Below are positions 8,773-18,731 of a stretch of DNA of 49,195 nt, piece after piece. This DNA comes from an uncultured bacterium (GTDB taxonomy: Bacteria; Krumholzibacteriota; Krumholzibacteriia; Krumholzibacteriales; Krumholzibacteriaceae), in NCBI GenBank assembly GCA_965371515.1, contig CBDUYR010000021.1, positions 1 to 49,195 of the forward strand. The letters run 5' to 3'. Position 1 is the first letter of the stretch; every line of letters begins with the position of its first letter. The translations under genes and the position numbers were made by a program. The notes beneath the pieces were generated by a model. The model saw only the letters and a program-made list of their open reading frames with translations. It searched no databases and was not told the DNA's origin.

Positions 8773-10633
8773 GAAACGCATAGAATTCATGGTGACCGCC
8801 TTCAGGGACGGTTTTCAGTCAGTCTACGGCAGCAGGGTCCTGACAGAGGATTTTCTTCCCGCCGTCGAGGCCGCCGTCGACGCTGGACTGCTTCATCTCG
8901 AAGCGGGCGGAGGGGCCCGGTTCCAGTCCCTCTACTTCTACTGCAACGAAGACGCCTTTGAGATGATGGATGCCATCAGAAAGGCGGTCGGCCCCCGGGC
9001 CGACCTGCAGACCCTCGGGAGAGGCGTCAACGTGGTGGGCCTGGAATCCCAGAGCAGCGACATTATAAGACTCCATGCGAAGCTTTTCAAAAAGCACGGG
9101 ATCACGACCATAAGAAATTTCGATGCGCTGAACAACGTCGAGAACCTCGATTTCTCCGGCCGCTGCATCGTCGACGAGGGACTCAAGCACGAAATATGCG
9201 TAACACTCATGGGGCTGCCGCCGGGATTGGCGGGCGCCCACACCCCCGAATTCTACATGAAGGTGCTCAGAGAGATCCTCGATGCCGGGATCCCCTTTCA
9301 CTCGCTGTGCTTCAAGGACGCCTCCGGAACTACCTCGCCGGGAACCGTCCACGAAACGGTGAAGCAGGCGAAGGCTATGCTGCCTGAAGGAACGCCCCTG
9401 CGGTTCCACACCCACGAAACGGCGGGAACGAGCATCGCCTGTTATCTGGCGGCGATCGAGGCGGGCGCTACCGCCATCGACCTCTCTCTCGCCCCTGTCT
9501 CCGGCGGGACCTGCCAGCCCGATGTCGTCGCCATGTGGCAGGCCCTGCGGGATTCGGACTACACCCTCGATGTCGACATTAACAAGGTGCGCGGTGTCGA
9601 GAGGGTCTTCAAGGACTGCATGAAAGACTACTTCCTCCCTCCCGAGGCCAGAAGGGTCGAGCCGGTCATCCCGTTCTCGCCCATGCCGGGCGGCGCCTTC
9701 ACCGCCAACACCCAGATGATGAGGGATAACGACGTGCTCGACAGGTTTCCCGAGGTAATAACCGCGATGGAAGAGGTCGTGGCCCGTGGCGGCTTCGGCA
9801 CCTCCGTCACCCCGGTCTCTCAATTCTACTTCCAGCAGGCATTCAACAACGCGATATTCGGCCCCTGGAAAAAAATCGCCGAAGGGTACGGCAGGATGGT
9901 GCTCGGTTATTTCGGCAGAACGCCTGTCCCGCCCGATCCGGAGATCGTGCAGCTCGCGATCGAGCAGCTGGGCCTGGAACCGACAGACAGGAGCCCGCGG
10001 CTGATCAACGACGAAGACCCGGAAAAGGGGATTGCGGCCGCGGAGAAGATGCTCGACGCAGCCGGGCTTCCCGTAACGGACGAAAATGTTTTTATCGCGG
10101 CGACCTGCGGGGAAAAGGGCATCGCATTTCTGAAAGGCGAAGCCCGGGAAAATATAAGAAAGATAAAGACCGATAAAGACCGGGGCTACACAGTGACAGT
10201 AGACGGAGATACGTACTCGGTCACCCTCGATGGAAACACGGCGCTCGTGAACGGGAGACAGTATTCGATAGGAATCAAGGAAGGTGCCGGCAGAGACGGG
10301 TCCGCGGATGCCGCTCTTTCCCGCCATGCGATACCAGGGGCGGACTCCGGCGACCGCCCCAACGCACCCAGGTCCACTGCCGGACCGGACGCTTCTCCTT
10401 CATCAGGATATACAGGCACAATTCCCATACCGTCCCCGATACCGGGAATAATCATCAGGATCAACGTCGAGAAGGGTGACAGCGTCAGATACGGGGACAT
10501 CCTCGCCATCGTCGAAGTCATGAAAATGGAAACCGAGATCAAGTCGCCCGCAAACGGCGTCGTATCGTCGATAGAAGTATCCCGGGGAGATCACCTGTCG
10601 ACCGGGGAGATCATCATGAGGCTGAGCGAATGA
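8765..10633 (+). CDS. oadA: Oxaloacetate decarboxylase alpha subunit (carboxyltransferase + biotinyl domain)
   Basis: [40 protein letters not shown]; biotin site EVMKM. Confidence 0.88.
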   Translation: MGKKRIEFMVTAFRDGFQSVYGSRVLTEDFLPAVEAAVDAGLLHLEAGGGARFQSLYFYCNEDAFEMMDAIRKAVGPRADLQTLGRGVNVVGLESQSSDIIRLHAKLFKKHGITTIRNFDALNNVENLDFSGRCIVDEGLKHEICVTLMGLPPGLAGAHTPEFYMKVLREILDAGIPFHSLCFKDASGTTSPGTVHETVKQAKAMLPEGTPLRFHTHETAGTSIACYLAAIEAGATAIDLSLAPVSGGTCQPDVVAMWQALRDSDYTLDVDINKVRGVERVFKDCMKDYFLPPEARRVEPVIPFSPMPGGAFTANTQMMRDNDVLDRFPEVITAMEEVVARGGFGTSVTPVSQFYFQQAFNNAIFGPWKKIAEGYGRMVLGYFGRTPVPPDPEIVQLAIEQLGLEPTDRSPRLINDEDPEKGIAAAEKMLDAAGLPVTDENVFIAATCGEKGIAFLKGEARENIRKIKTDKDRGYTVTVDGDTYSVTLDGNTALVNGRQYSIGIKEGAGRDGSADAALSRHAIPGADSGDRPNAPRSTAGPDASPSSGYTGTIPIPSPIPGIIIRINVEKGDSVRYGDILAIVEVMKMETEIKSPANGVVSSIEVSRGDHLSTGEIIMRLSE

Positions 10634-10658
10634 CCGCTCATCGATCGGAAATGCAGGC

Positions 10659-11801
10659 ATGATCTATATAGACTCTTTTCAACAGTTGTGGCACGCCACC
10701 GGCCTGGTAAATTTCACCTGGGGCCAGGCCTGCATGATACTGATCAGTTTCCTGCTCATCTACCTCGCGATCTATAAAAAATTCGAGCCCCTCCTCCTTC
10801 TTCCTATCGGTTTCGGAGGGATCCTCTCGAACATACCGGCCGCCGGCATTGCGGAAGCAGGCGGTTTTCTGGGGATGATATATTCTTTCGGTATATCCAC
10901 CGGCGTTTTCCCCCTGCTCATATTCATGGGGGTAGGCGCCATGACCGATTTCGGCCCCCTGATCGCTAATCCCAGGACGGCCCTCCTCGGAGCCGCCGCA
11001 CAGTTCGGGATCTTCACCTCGCTGCTCGGAGCCATAGCCCTGAACCAGCACCTCGGCCTGACCTTCAGCCTGAAGGATGCCGCCTCCATAGCCATCATAG
11101 GAGGAGCCGACGGTCCGACGGCCATCTTCCTCTCCTCCCGCCTTTCCCCGCACCTTCTCGGATCGATCGCTGTCGCGGCCTATTCCTATATGGCTCTCGT
11201 CCCGGTCATCCAGCCTCCGATCATGCGCCTGCTCACATCAAAAAAAGAGCGTGCCATCGAGATGAAACAGCTGCGCCCTGTCAGTCAGCGGGAGAAGATC
11301 GTCTTCCCCCTCGTCACCCTGGGAATCTGCATATTGCTCATTCCGGCAGCGACCCCGCTTATCGGGTCGTTCATGTTCGGTAACCTCGCGAGGGAATCGA
11401 AGGTCGTCGACCGCCTGTCCAAGACGATGCAGGGCTCGATGATCAACATCGTAACGATACTCCTCGGACTTGCGATCGGAACCAAGCTCGCGGCAGATAA
11501 ATTCCTCAATGTCGAGACGATCGGGATCCTGTTTCTCGGACTGTTCGCCTTTTCTATCGGAACAGCTTCGGGAGTCCTGCTCGCCAAGCTCATGAACCGG
11601 TTCTCAAGGGATCCCATCAACCCCCTTATAGGGGCCGCCGGCGTCTCGGCAGTACCCATGGCCGCCCGCGTCGTCAACAAGGTCGGCCTCGAAGCAAGGC
11701 CCGACAGCTTTCTCCTCATGCACGCGATGGGACCGAACGTTGCGGGCGTTATCGGCTCCGCGGTGGCTGCAGGAATACTTCTTTCCATCTTTGCCGGTTA
11801 A
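10659..11801 (+). CDS. oadB: Na+-translocating decarboxylase beta subunit
   Basis: [61 protein letters not shown]. Confidence 0.95.
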   Translation: MIYIDSFQQLWHATGLVNFTWGQACMILISFLLIYLAIYKKFEPLLLLPIGFGGILSNIPAAGIAEAGGFLGMIYSFGISTGVFPLLIFMGVGAMTDFGPLIANPRTALLGAAAQFGIFTSLLGAIALNQHLGLTFSLKDAASIAIIGGADGPTAIFLSSRLSPHLLGSIAVAAYSYMALVPVIQPPIMRLLTSKKERAIEMKQLRPVSQREKIVFPLVTLGICILLIPAATPLIGSFMFGNLARESKVVDRLSKTMQGSMINIVTILLGLAIGTKLAADKFLNVETIGILFLGLFAFSIGTASGVLLAKLMNRFSRDPINPLIGAAGVSAVPMAARVVNKVGLEARPDSFLLMHAMGPNVAGVIGSAVAAGILLSIFAG

Positions 11802-11816
11802 AAGGACACGGAACGA

Positions 11817-12635
11817 TCATTTTCCCCTTACCCTTATCAGCGCGGCAGCGATCAGGACGATGCCGAGCACCGTTACAACGGCGGGGCCGCACGAGAAATC
11901 GAGGAAGTACGAGATCAGCAGGCCTGCGACCACGGCGAACACACCCACCCCCCACGCGATCAGGAGCCGCATCCTCCACGAACTTGCGAACATCGCCGAG
12001 AATGTCGCGGGAATAATCAGGAACGAAAATATCACCAGGACCCCGGCGATCCTTACCGAAAAGGTGATCACCAGGCCCATGGAGACGTAAAATAGAAAAT
12101 CCCACCATACATCGCTTCGTTCCTTGACCTGGCTCGATCCGTATTTCTCGGAGAGACTGATGAACCGCTTTCTGAAGATCAGGTGAAAGAGCCCGACTAG
12201 AGCGAACAGTCCCCCGATTGCGGCGATATCGGACCACCCGGCCCAGAGGATACTGCCGGTCAGCATGTGCTCCATGTGCACGTCGCCGCCCGCCGCGAGT
12301 GCGAGAAAGAAGAGGCCGGCCGCGGCGGCGATCGCGTACGTCACCCCGATGATCGCCTCGTGGGAGATCTGCGTGATCCTCCTGTCGATCTGCGCGAAGA
12401 AGAGTGAGGCGATCACAGTGAAACCGAAGGCGCAGAGAAAGGCCGGCAGGCCGTTCTCCTCCGCCCCTAAAAAGGCGTGGGCGAAAATAGCGCCCACCGC
12501 CGCAATCTGCGCGAGGGCGATGTCGATGAATATGATCTCGCGCTTGAGGACGTGAATGCCGAGATATCCCATCAGCCCCAGTATCGTCACGCAGGCCACG
12601 AAGGGCGGCAGCAGGAACCATATGATATCAAGCAT
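11817..12635 (-). CDS. Metal ABC transporter permease (ABC-3/ZnuB-like)
   Basis: YLGIHVLKREIIFIDIALAQIA, HEAIIG, AGVLVIFSFLIIPA; highly hydrophobic. Confidence 0.85.
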   Translation of the reverse strand: MLDIIWFLLPPFVACVTILGLMGYLGIHVLKREIIFIDIALAQIAAVGAIFAHAFLGAEENGLPAFLCAFGFTVIASLFFAQIDRRITQISHEAIIGVTYAIAAAAGLFFLALAAGGDVHMEHMLTGSILWAGWSDIAAIGGLFALVGLFHLIFRKRFISLSEKYGSSQVKERSDVWWDFLFYVSMGLVITFSVRIAGVLVIFSFLIIPATFSAMFASSWRMRLLIAWGVGVFAVVAGLLISYFLDFSCGPAVVTVLGIVLIAAALIRVRGK

Positions 12636-13464
12636 GCCGGCCTCCTTTCCGCGCCTGCCCGACAGGCAGGATACACCTGAGCGCGAGCGCTCCGATGAAG
12701 AAGGCCCCCAGCGTGAGGACCAGTGTCGGCCCGTACGGAAGGTCGAATGAGTACGAGAGCATCAGGCCGGCCAGGGACGAGACGAATCCGACGCCCCATC
12801 CGATCTTCAGCGCCCTGCCCCAATCCTTCGTAAAGAGCGTCGCGATGGCCGCCGGTATCATGAGGAACGCATACGCGAGAAGGACCCCGGCTATCGGAAC
12901 GATCAGCACCGTGATGATGCCGAGAGAGATGAAGAAGAGCAGGTCCCAGAAGTTCTCGTTCGGCAGCGTTCCGCCGCCCTCCGTGATAGCTATGAACCTG
13001 CCCCTGAACAGGTAATGGAAGACCGCCAGACCGACATACACCGCCGCAGTCACGATCACGAGCGGCCAGCTCACCCACAGCATGACCCCCGTCAGGGTCT
13101 GGGTAACGTAGGCGAGCCCTCCCGAGATCTTGTCCGCGACCATGATCGAAGCGACCAGCGCGAGGCCGTAGATGATCCCGATGACCGCCTCGTGCGGGAT
13201 GTTTTTGTTTTTCGGCTTCACGTAGGCCAGCAGGACCGATCCCAGAAGAACGGCGACAAACGACACGACGTACGACCAGGCGCTTCCGCCCTGTATACCC
13301 ATGCCAATACCCACGATCACACCGAAGGCGGCCAGCTGGTCGAGCGACAGGTCGGAGAAGACAATGCCCCGCCTTATTACGTGAAGGCCCAGGTAGGTGT
13401 GCACCGAGGTCACAATAAGCAGCAGGACGATCTGGATCGAAAGAAAATTCAGCGTCTCGAGCAT
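12628..13464 (-). CDS. Metal ABC transporter permease (ABC-3/ZnuB-like), paralog of the adjacent gene
   Basis: YLGLHVIRRGIVFSDLSLDQLA, HEAVIG, AGVLLAYAFLMIPA; ATG 13464 behind GGAGG. Confidence 0.85.
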   Translation of the reverse strand: MLETLNFLSIQIVLLLIVTSVHTYLGLHVIRRGIVFSDLSLDQLAAFGVIVGIGMGIQGGSAWSYVVSFVAVLLGSVLLAYVKPKNKNIPHEAVIGIIYGLALVASIMVADKISGGLAYVTQTLTGVMLWVSWPLVIVTAAVYVGLAVFHYLFRGRFIAITEGGGTLPNENFWDLLFFISLGIITVLIVPIAGVLLAYAFLMIPAAIATLFTKDWGRALKIGWGVGFVSSLAGLMLSYSFDLPYGPTLVLTLGAFFIGALALRCILPVGQARKGGRHA

Positions 13465-13471
13465 AACCCTC

Positions 13472-14530
13472 CTACCTCTCCGCGGTGGTTTCGCTGCGTC
13501 CGACGACCGCGGCGTTGAGGTGATCGATCCAGTAGTCCACCAGCGAGAAGACATCGGTCGCTTCCGGCACCGCGCCGACCGAGATGGGCAGGAAGACCGC
13601 CTCGATCCCGGTCTTCTTCGATATCGTCATCGGCTTTCTCTTCTCGAAATATGTCGCGACAAGCATCAGGTCTATGCCCCTGTCGCCGATCAGCTTGATC
13701 GTCTGTTCCACATGCCTCGGAGTCGGCGGTATCCCCGGCTTCGGTTCGATGTAGCCGAGCACAGTCAGGCCGAAGTCCCTTACAAAGTAAGCCCAGTTCT
13801 TGTGGTAGGCCACAACATCCATACCCCTGAACGGCATCGCCCTGTCGATCCATCCCCCGAGCTTCGTCTCGAGCTTTTCTCCCTCGTACTCGTGATCGAG
13901 AAATTCGAACAGCGTGCCGGCCCGAAGCAGATTCCCCAGGCGCTCTCCGCCGAACATGTCGACCAGGTCGTCGCCGAACATCGACCTGTACATCCTGTCG
14001 ACGAACGCCTTCTGGTTGGCCTCGTAGATATCGGTGTTCGCCGGGTCCACCCTCCTCAGGCCGATAAGGATATTCTCCGAGATCTGCTTCCAGTTCAGCG
14101 GGCTCGTGTGGAAATGCGGATTGCCCATTATATGGACGTCGCCCTCCGAGCGGCTGAGCGTTGTCGGCTTCTGGAGGACCTCGATGCCCGGCGAGACGGT
14201 CACGTATCCCTGCGCGCCGTCCATGATCTCGCGATTTCGCGCCTTGTCCTGAAGGGTGGCGAGCCAGAGCTCGAGGTCGAAGCCTGTCGAGACAAGCATG
14301 TCGGCATCCTTGAGCTTCAGTGCCAGGCTCGGTTTGGGCGGGACGAAGTGAGGATCCTGATCGCCGTACGAAAGGTGTTCGACAACGGCGAGATCGCCTG
14401 TTATCTCACGGGCGATCGATGCGAAGTCCGAGAAGGTGGTAACCACTATTATCCTGTCGTCGGCTGACGCGCCCTGCCAGGTGAGCGCTGTCGCCGCGAT
14501 CAGGAAAATCGCTGTAAAAATCTTTTTCAT
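13472..14530 (-). CDS. Metal ABC substrate-binding protein (ZnuA/TroA cluster A-I)
   Basis: Signal peptide; VVTT, DPHF, GDVHIMGNPHF, YHKNW, EPKPGIPPTPRH. Confidence 0.88.
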   Translation of the reverse strand: MKKIFTAIFLIAATALTWQGASADDRIIVVTTFSDFASIAREITGDLAVVEHLSYGDQDPHFVPPKPSLALKLKDADMLVSTGFDLELWLATLQDKARNREIMDGAQGYVTVSPGIEVLQKPTTLSRSEGDVHIMGNPHFHTSPLNWKQISENILIGLRRVDPANTDIYEANQKAFVDRMYRSMFGDDLVDMFGGERLGNLLRAGTLFEFLDHEYEGEKLETKLGGWIDRAMPFRGMDVVAYHKNWAYFVRDFGLTVLGYIEPKPGIPPTPRHVEQTIKLIGDRGIDLMLVATYFEKRKPMTISKKTGIEAVFLPISVGAVPEATDVFSLVDYWIDHLNAAVVGRSETTAER

Positions 14531-14558
14531 CACATGTCTCCTTCCAGCCGCCATTATA

Positions 14559-15845
14559 TTAATAGGCCTCATGCTTGTGCGGTCCCATGGCCCACACGGC
14601 CTGGAAAACGATCCTGTTGTCGTTTTCGTCGAAGTTCCTCTCGAAATAACTGTACTGGAGCCTGAAGAAGACGAACTCGCTCTGCCAGAAATCGAGATTG
14701 ACCGTGCCGCCGTACTCCTCGGCACTGCTGTCGTCGGGCATCTGCGAATAGTCGAACCGCATACCTCCGACCCAGCTGGCCCCGAATCGATACTGGACCA
14801 TGGAGAACATCCCCCAGGAATCCACGTACCCGTCGGGCGTGTCGCGTTTCGAGAGAAGCGCCTCGGTCCACCAGAGGAATTCGCGGTACTTCGCGCGTCC
14901 GGGCGGCGTCCATCTTATCCTCAGGTCGGCTCCGCCGATCGTGGTGAGATACTGCTCCTCGGGATCGTTATGGCCGAGCGCGCCGCTCAGGCCGAACTCG
15001 AGGTATGTGCTGCGGCTCAGGTCCCAGTAGTTCTTGAGATGAGCCACTCCTATCAGGTCGTTTTTCCCCTCGTTCGTGAAGCTGAGGCCGGAACCGCCCG
15101 ATACCAGCTGCAGATCGAGCTCGTTCACGTGGGCAAAGATGGAGGGAAGAAGGATGTTCGCTCCTATACCGACCCCGCTGAGTGTCTCCATGCTGAAGTA
15201 GTTCGCCATCACCCGTGGACGGTCGAACTGCGGCAGGGCATGGCAGTGGTACCGGTTGATCTCACCGAACTGCGTCTTGAACTTTCCGAGCTTCAGGTTG
15301 CTATTCAGGGGCATATTGAGAAGTTCAAAATAACCTTCCTCGACACCGGCCCCTTCTTCACCAAATCCGATATACACCTTCGCCCTGCTGTACGGGTCGA
15401 GAACAGCCTCGAACGCCAACTCGATCTCCTTGAGATAGAAACGGTCCGTCCCGTAGTCGGTCTCGGACCACTGCGTGTTGTACTCGCTGTCGGACGAGCT
15501 CTGCGCGTAGTAGAAATTGCCCCCGACGCTGATGTTCGGGTTGAGGGCCGAGTGCTGTCTGAGCCCGCTGTAGAATTTTCTGTCCTCAGGGATCTCCGAT
15601 TCGTCCTTCTTCTCCCGGGAGAGCTTATCCGCTTCCTCCAGGAGTTTTTTCATCTCGTCTTCCTGCTCGGTCTTCTCGATCTTCTTCTTGAGCTCCGTGA
15701 GCAGTTTCTCCAGTTCGTCGATCCTCCGTTCCTGCTCCTCCAGTTGCTTCTCGTCTTTATTCGAGCCCGATTCTTTCTCCTGTGCCGACACAGACAATGG
15801 CAGGAGGAGTATCAGCAGGACGGGCAACAGCCTGTTAATTTTCAT
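14559..15845 (-). CDS. Outer-membrane beta-barrel (porin-like) associated with metal uptake
   Basis: Signal peptide, coiled-coil N-terminus, LNPNISV, EIELAFEAVLDPY, GKFKTQFGEIN..HCH, SEFVFFRLQY, C-terminal GPHKHEAY. Confidence 0.75.
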   Translation of the reverse strand: MKINRLLPVLLILLLPLSVSAQEKESGSNKDEKQLEEQERRIDELEKLLTELKKKIEKTEQEDEMKKLLEEADKLSREKKDESEIPEDRKFYSGLRQHSALNPNISVGGNFYYAQSSSDSEYNTQWSETDYGTDRFYLKEIELAFEAVLDPYSRAKVYIGFGEEGAGVEEGYFELLNMPLNSNLKLGKFKTQFGEINRYHCHALPQFDRPRVMANYFSMETLSGVGIGANILLPSIFAHVNELDLQLVSGGSGLSFTNEGKNDLIGVAHLKNYWDLSRSTYLEFGLSGALGHNDPEEQYLTTIGGADLRIRWTPPGRAKYREFLWWTEALLSKRDTPDGYVDSWGMFSMVQYRFGASWVGGMRFDYSQMPDDSSAEEYGGTVNLDFWQSEFVFFRLQYSYFERNFDENDNRIVFQAVWAMGPHKHEAY

Positions 15846-15976
15846 CTTTATCCTCGTTTCAGAATCAGCGCCCGGCGGATGTATGGCCGGATCCTGCGCT
15901 GCATCCTACATACATACCTGCGCGGGCCGGACAGTTGCCGACCGCTTGACAGGATTCTCTGACTGTTTCCGGATTA

Positions 15977-16276
15977 TCAGACGGAGGGGGGAGGACCCCT
16001 CGAAGAAACTGTTTTCCCGCTGACATCAGATGGAATGATCAATACCTGAGACGCAGCCCAGGTGCTGATGAGCGTAATGCTGTTTCCCGGCATTTCACAG
16101 ATATCACCCGCGCCGGAGTAATCGTCCTGGTGCAGGTTGTTCCACTGGCAGGCCGGGCACATATCATGGGGCTCGTTGTCGGCCTCGTGGTGGTGGCAGA
16201 AGTCAACTCCCACACATACTGTCAGGAAGCCCGCGAGGACCAGGGCAGACATGACGCTCAGCCGATCGTATCTCAT
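15977..16276 (-). CDS. Small TM/His/CxxC protein with C-terminal RGPP (DUF2946/CruR/CutF-like leader peptide)
   Basis: MRYDRLSVMSALVLAGFLTVCVGVDFCHHHEADNEPHDMCPACQW...SSRGPPPSV; GGGAG SD; first gene of the metal operon. Confidence 0.75.
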   Translation of the reverse strand: MRYDRLSVMSALVLAGFLTVCVGVDFCHHHEADNEPHDMCPACQWNNLHQDDYSGAGDICEMPGNSITLISTWAASQVLIIPSDVSGKTVSSRGPPPSV

Positions 16277-16461
16277 AGCCACTCCCGATACCGTCACTTT
16301 CTGTAACCGCACTGTGAACCGTGAGTTGATGGTATCTTCAGCGAGAGTATTCCCCAGACGTTGAGCATGTCCAGATAAAAGAAAGGCAGCCCAAGCCTGT
16401 GTGATGTCGGTCCAAGCGTAACTGCCTCCAATATCACATGTTCCATGGGATAATAAGTCCG

Positions 16462-16512
16462 TAACTTGTCATTGTATTGCATGTTGACAATATGGCAAGT
16501 TATGAATATAAT
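16462..16512 (+). promoter_or_regulatory. Consensus sigma70 promoter overlapped by an inverted repeat (putative operator)
   Basis: TTGACA (16484)-17 nt-TATAAT (16507); inverted repeat TAACTTGTCAT (16462) / ATGGCAAGTTA (16492). Confidence 0.8.
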
Positions 16513-16540
16513 ATTGTTAACTGACTAGAGGAAGGGAGCC

Positions 16541-17674
16541 ATGAGCAAAGCACTCGCAATTAACCTGAGACGGTTGCGTAAGATAAGAAATGTCACTCAG
16601 TTAGAGCTGGCCAGGATGGCCGGCATCAGCAGGAACGCCTACAGAAGTATCGAGACCGGCATTTCCAGGCCCAGGACCTCCACCCTGCATTCGATCGCGA
16701 GGACCCTGAAGGTCTCGGTGTTTGATCTGGTCATCGAAATTCCGTCTATCAGAAACCTGAGATTCAGGGCGCAGCATACCTTGACCGCCAGGGAGAGGGC
16801 GGAACGGGAGCAGATCGCCGTGGATGTCACCAGATGGCTCAATGACTTCAATAGTATCGAGGAAATAACCAACGATCGAAGACCGTATCAGTTCGATGGA
16901 ATATCGTTCGAGAGAGAATATCCTGTCGACGCCGCTGCCCGGGCAAGATCCGTGCTGAAACTGGATGAGAACGACTTCATCAATGACATCTGCAGCCTGC
17001 TCGAAGATGCCGGCATAAAGATCAGGCCGATGAGTACCAGCCTGAAGAGATTCTTCGGACTCTCAGTCGGCATTCAGGACGGTGGCCCGGCTATCGCGGT
17101 AAACACCGACAGTTCGATCCCGGTCGAGAGACAGATTTTCGCTACTGCACTTGAGTTCGGCCACCTCCTGCTCCATCCTGACTCCTACAAATCCGACCAG
17201 GCCGAAGAGGACGAGCAGCAGGAGGCCGAGGCCAGCATGTTCGCCAGCTATTTCCTCATGCCGCAGAGTCACTTTGAGAAGGAGTGGTCGGAAGGCAGGG
17301 GTATTCACTGGGTGGACAGCGTTCTACACATCAAGAGGCTCTTCAAGGTCAGCTACAAGACCGTCCTGAACCGGATTGTAGAAGAGGGCATCGTTGACAG
17401 CGACATCTGTCAGGAATTCGTTCACTCGTATAACATTCGATATAACAAAAACCTGATATTCAAGGAGAAGCCGGAGGCATATCTGACAAGAAGCGAAGAA
17501 CCTTCCCTTCTGGACAGAGCCGATTTTGTCGAGGACCGACTTGCAAGGCTAGTTATAAATGCTCTGTATGACAGACTGATTTCCTTCAGCAGAGCAGCGG
17601 AGATCCTGCACATCAGCGTGAGAGAGATACGGGAACGGGTGGTGGAGTGGGGAATGTTCAATAGTAACAGGTAA
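16541..17674 (+). CDS. XRE-family HTH + ImmA/IrrE-like metallopeptidase domain protein (HExxH degenerate)
   Basis: LRRLRK..VTQLELARMAGISRNAYRSIETG; RQIFATALEFGHLLLH; EAEASMFASYFLMP. Confidence 0.88.
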   Translation: MSKALAINLRRLRKIRNVTQLELARMAGISRNAYRSIETGISRPRTSTLHSIARTLKVSVFDLVIEIPSIRNLRFRAQHTLTARERAEREQIAVDVTRWLNDFNSIEEITNDRRPYQFDGISFEREYPVDAAARARSVLKLDENDFINDICSLLEDAGIKIRPMSTSLKRFFGLSVGIQDGGPAIAVNTDSSIPVERQIFATALEFGHLLLHPDSYKSDQAEEDEQQEAEASMFASYFLMPQSHFEKEWSEGRGIHWVDSVLHIKRLFKVSYKTVLNRIVEEGIVDSDICQEFVHSYNIRYNKNLIFKEKPEAYLTRSEEPSLLDRADFVEDRLARLVINALYDRLISFSRAAEILHISVREIRERVVEWGMFNSNR

Positions 17675-17816
17675 GGAAACGGTGCTGTTATCCGAAAAGC
17701 CGCGGAAAATGGGAATCAACTGTGACTTGTACTAACTGTAGTATTGGAGGGGCGTTAAGTCTAACTGGCCGCAAATTGCGGCGAGTTGTGTATAACCATT
17801 TGATAATGCATATGTT

Positions 17817-18169
17817 ATGAAAAACATCCTATCAGTTGGTCAGGTTGAAAGTGTAGAGAGAAGAATCTTGCTGATCCAAGGAAGCAAGGTGATTATTGAC
17901 GTCGATCTTGCTGAGTTCTACGGCGTATCAACAAAGCGACTTCGAGAGCAGATCCGAAGGAATAAGGAACGATTTCCAGATGACTTCCTTTTCAGACTTA
18001 CTCATCAGGAGAAGAGGCAGGTTGCAGATGCATGTCCACACCTGGATAAATTAAGACATTTGTGGTCAGAGCATTTGTGAAGCTGCGAGAAGCAGTTTCG
18101 AGTGACAAGGAAACCGCTCAGAAGATCCTGGCCGATTTTACGGCCAGGATCGAAGAAATATTCGGATGA
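17817..18169 (+). pseudogene. ORF6N-domain DNA-binding protein with internal deletion and frameshift
   Basis: RILLIQGSKVIIDVDLAEFYGVSTKRLREQIRRNKERFPDDFLFRL. The family motif FVVRAFVKLRE resumes in another frame at 18059; the usual intervening PYAFTEHG segment is missing. Confidence 0.75.
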
Positions 18170-18331
18170 TAGACACACAGGAAGATACCAGAGCGAAAAC
18201 ACAATCATCATGATTCGTCGATTCATCAATATTGCATGGTTCAGTGGGCATTATCTCCATTTTCCCGTCATATCGTTGCCTGCAGACGTCAAAATGTTCG
18301 AATCGTGTTATGAACAGGAGTGGACGAATCC

Positions 18332-18655
18332 ATGAGCGTCTACGGAAAGATCGACCTCGAGATCCTTAGAGAGATTGCAAGGCGCCTGAAGCGCCGCAGG
18401 CTCAACATCAACATGCCCCAACAGGAGTTGGCCGACAAGGCGGGACTCAGCAGGTCCACAATCAGTGACATTGAACGTGGGAAGCCTTTTAGTGTTCTGA
18501 CACTGATACGGATACTTAGAACCCTGAACGCCCTGGAGGATCTCGATTCATTCCTCCCGGACCCTGGAATCAGTCCTCTCCAGCTTGCCAGGATGCAAGG
18601 TCGTGTGCGCAAACGTGCTTACAGGAAGAACAGCGAGAAAAAGGAAAAGCCGTGA
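18332..18655 (+). CDS. XRE-family HTH regulator (HipB/y4mF-like)
   Basis: LKRRRLNINMPQQELADKAGLSRSTISDIERG, ISPLQLARMQGRVRKRA. Confidence 0.85.
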   Translation: MSVYGKIDLEILREIARRLKRRRLNINMPQQELADKAGLSRSTISDIERGKPFSVLTLIRILRTLNALEDLDSFLPDPGISPLQLARMQGRVRKRAYRKNSEKKEKP

Positions 18656-18731
18656 TAGTATAATGCATCGATATAGCATATGAATTTATTCGGTAAGATA
18701 AACATCGACTACATACCGGAGGTTCACAGCA

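Noticed and set aside
8819..10327. 502-aa minus-strand ORF
   Set aside because: Antisense shadow of oadA, expected in GC-rich coding DNA.
14436..15962. 508-aa plus-strand ORF
   Set aside because: Antisense shadow of the porin gene.
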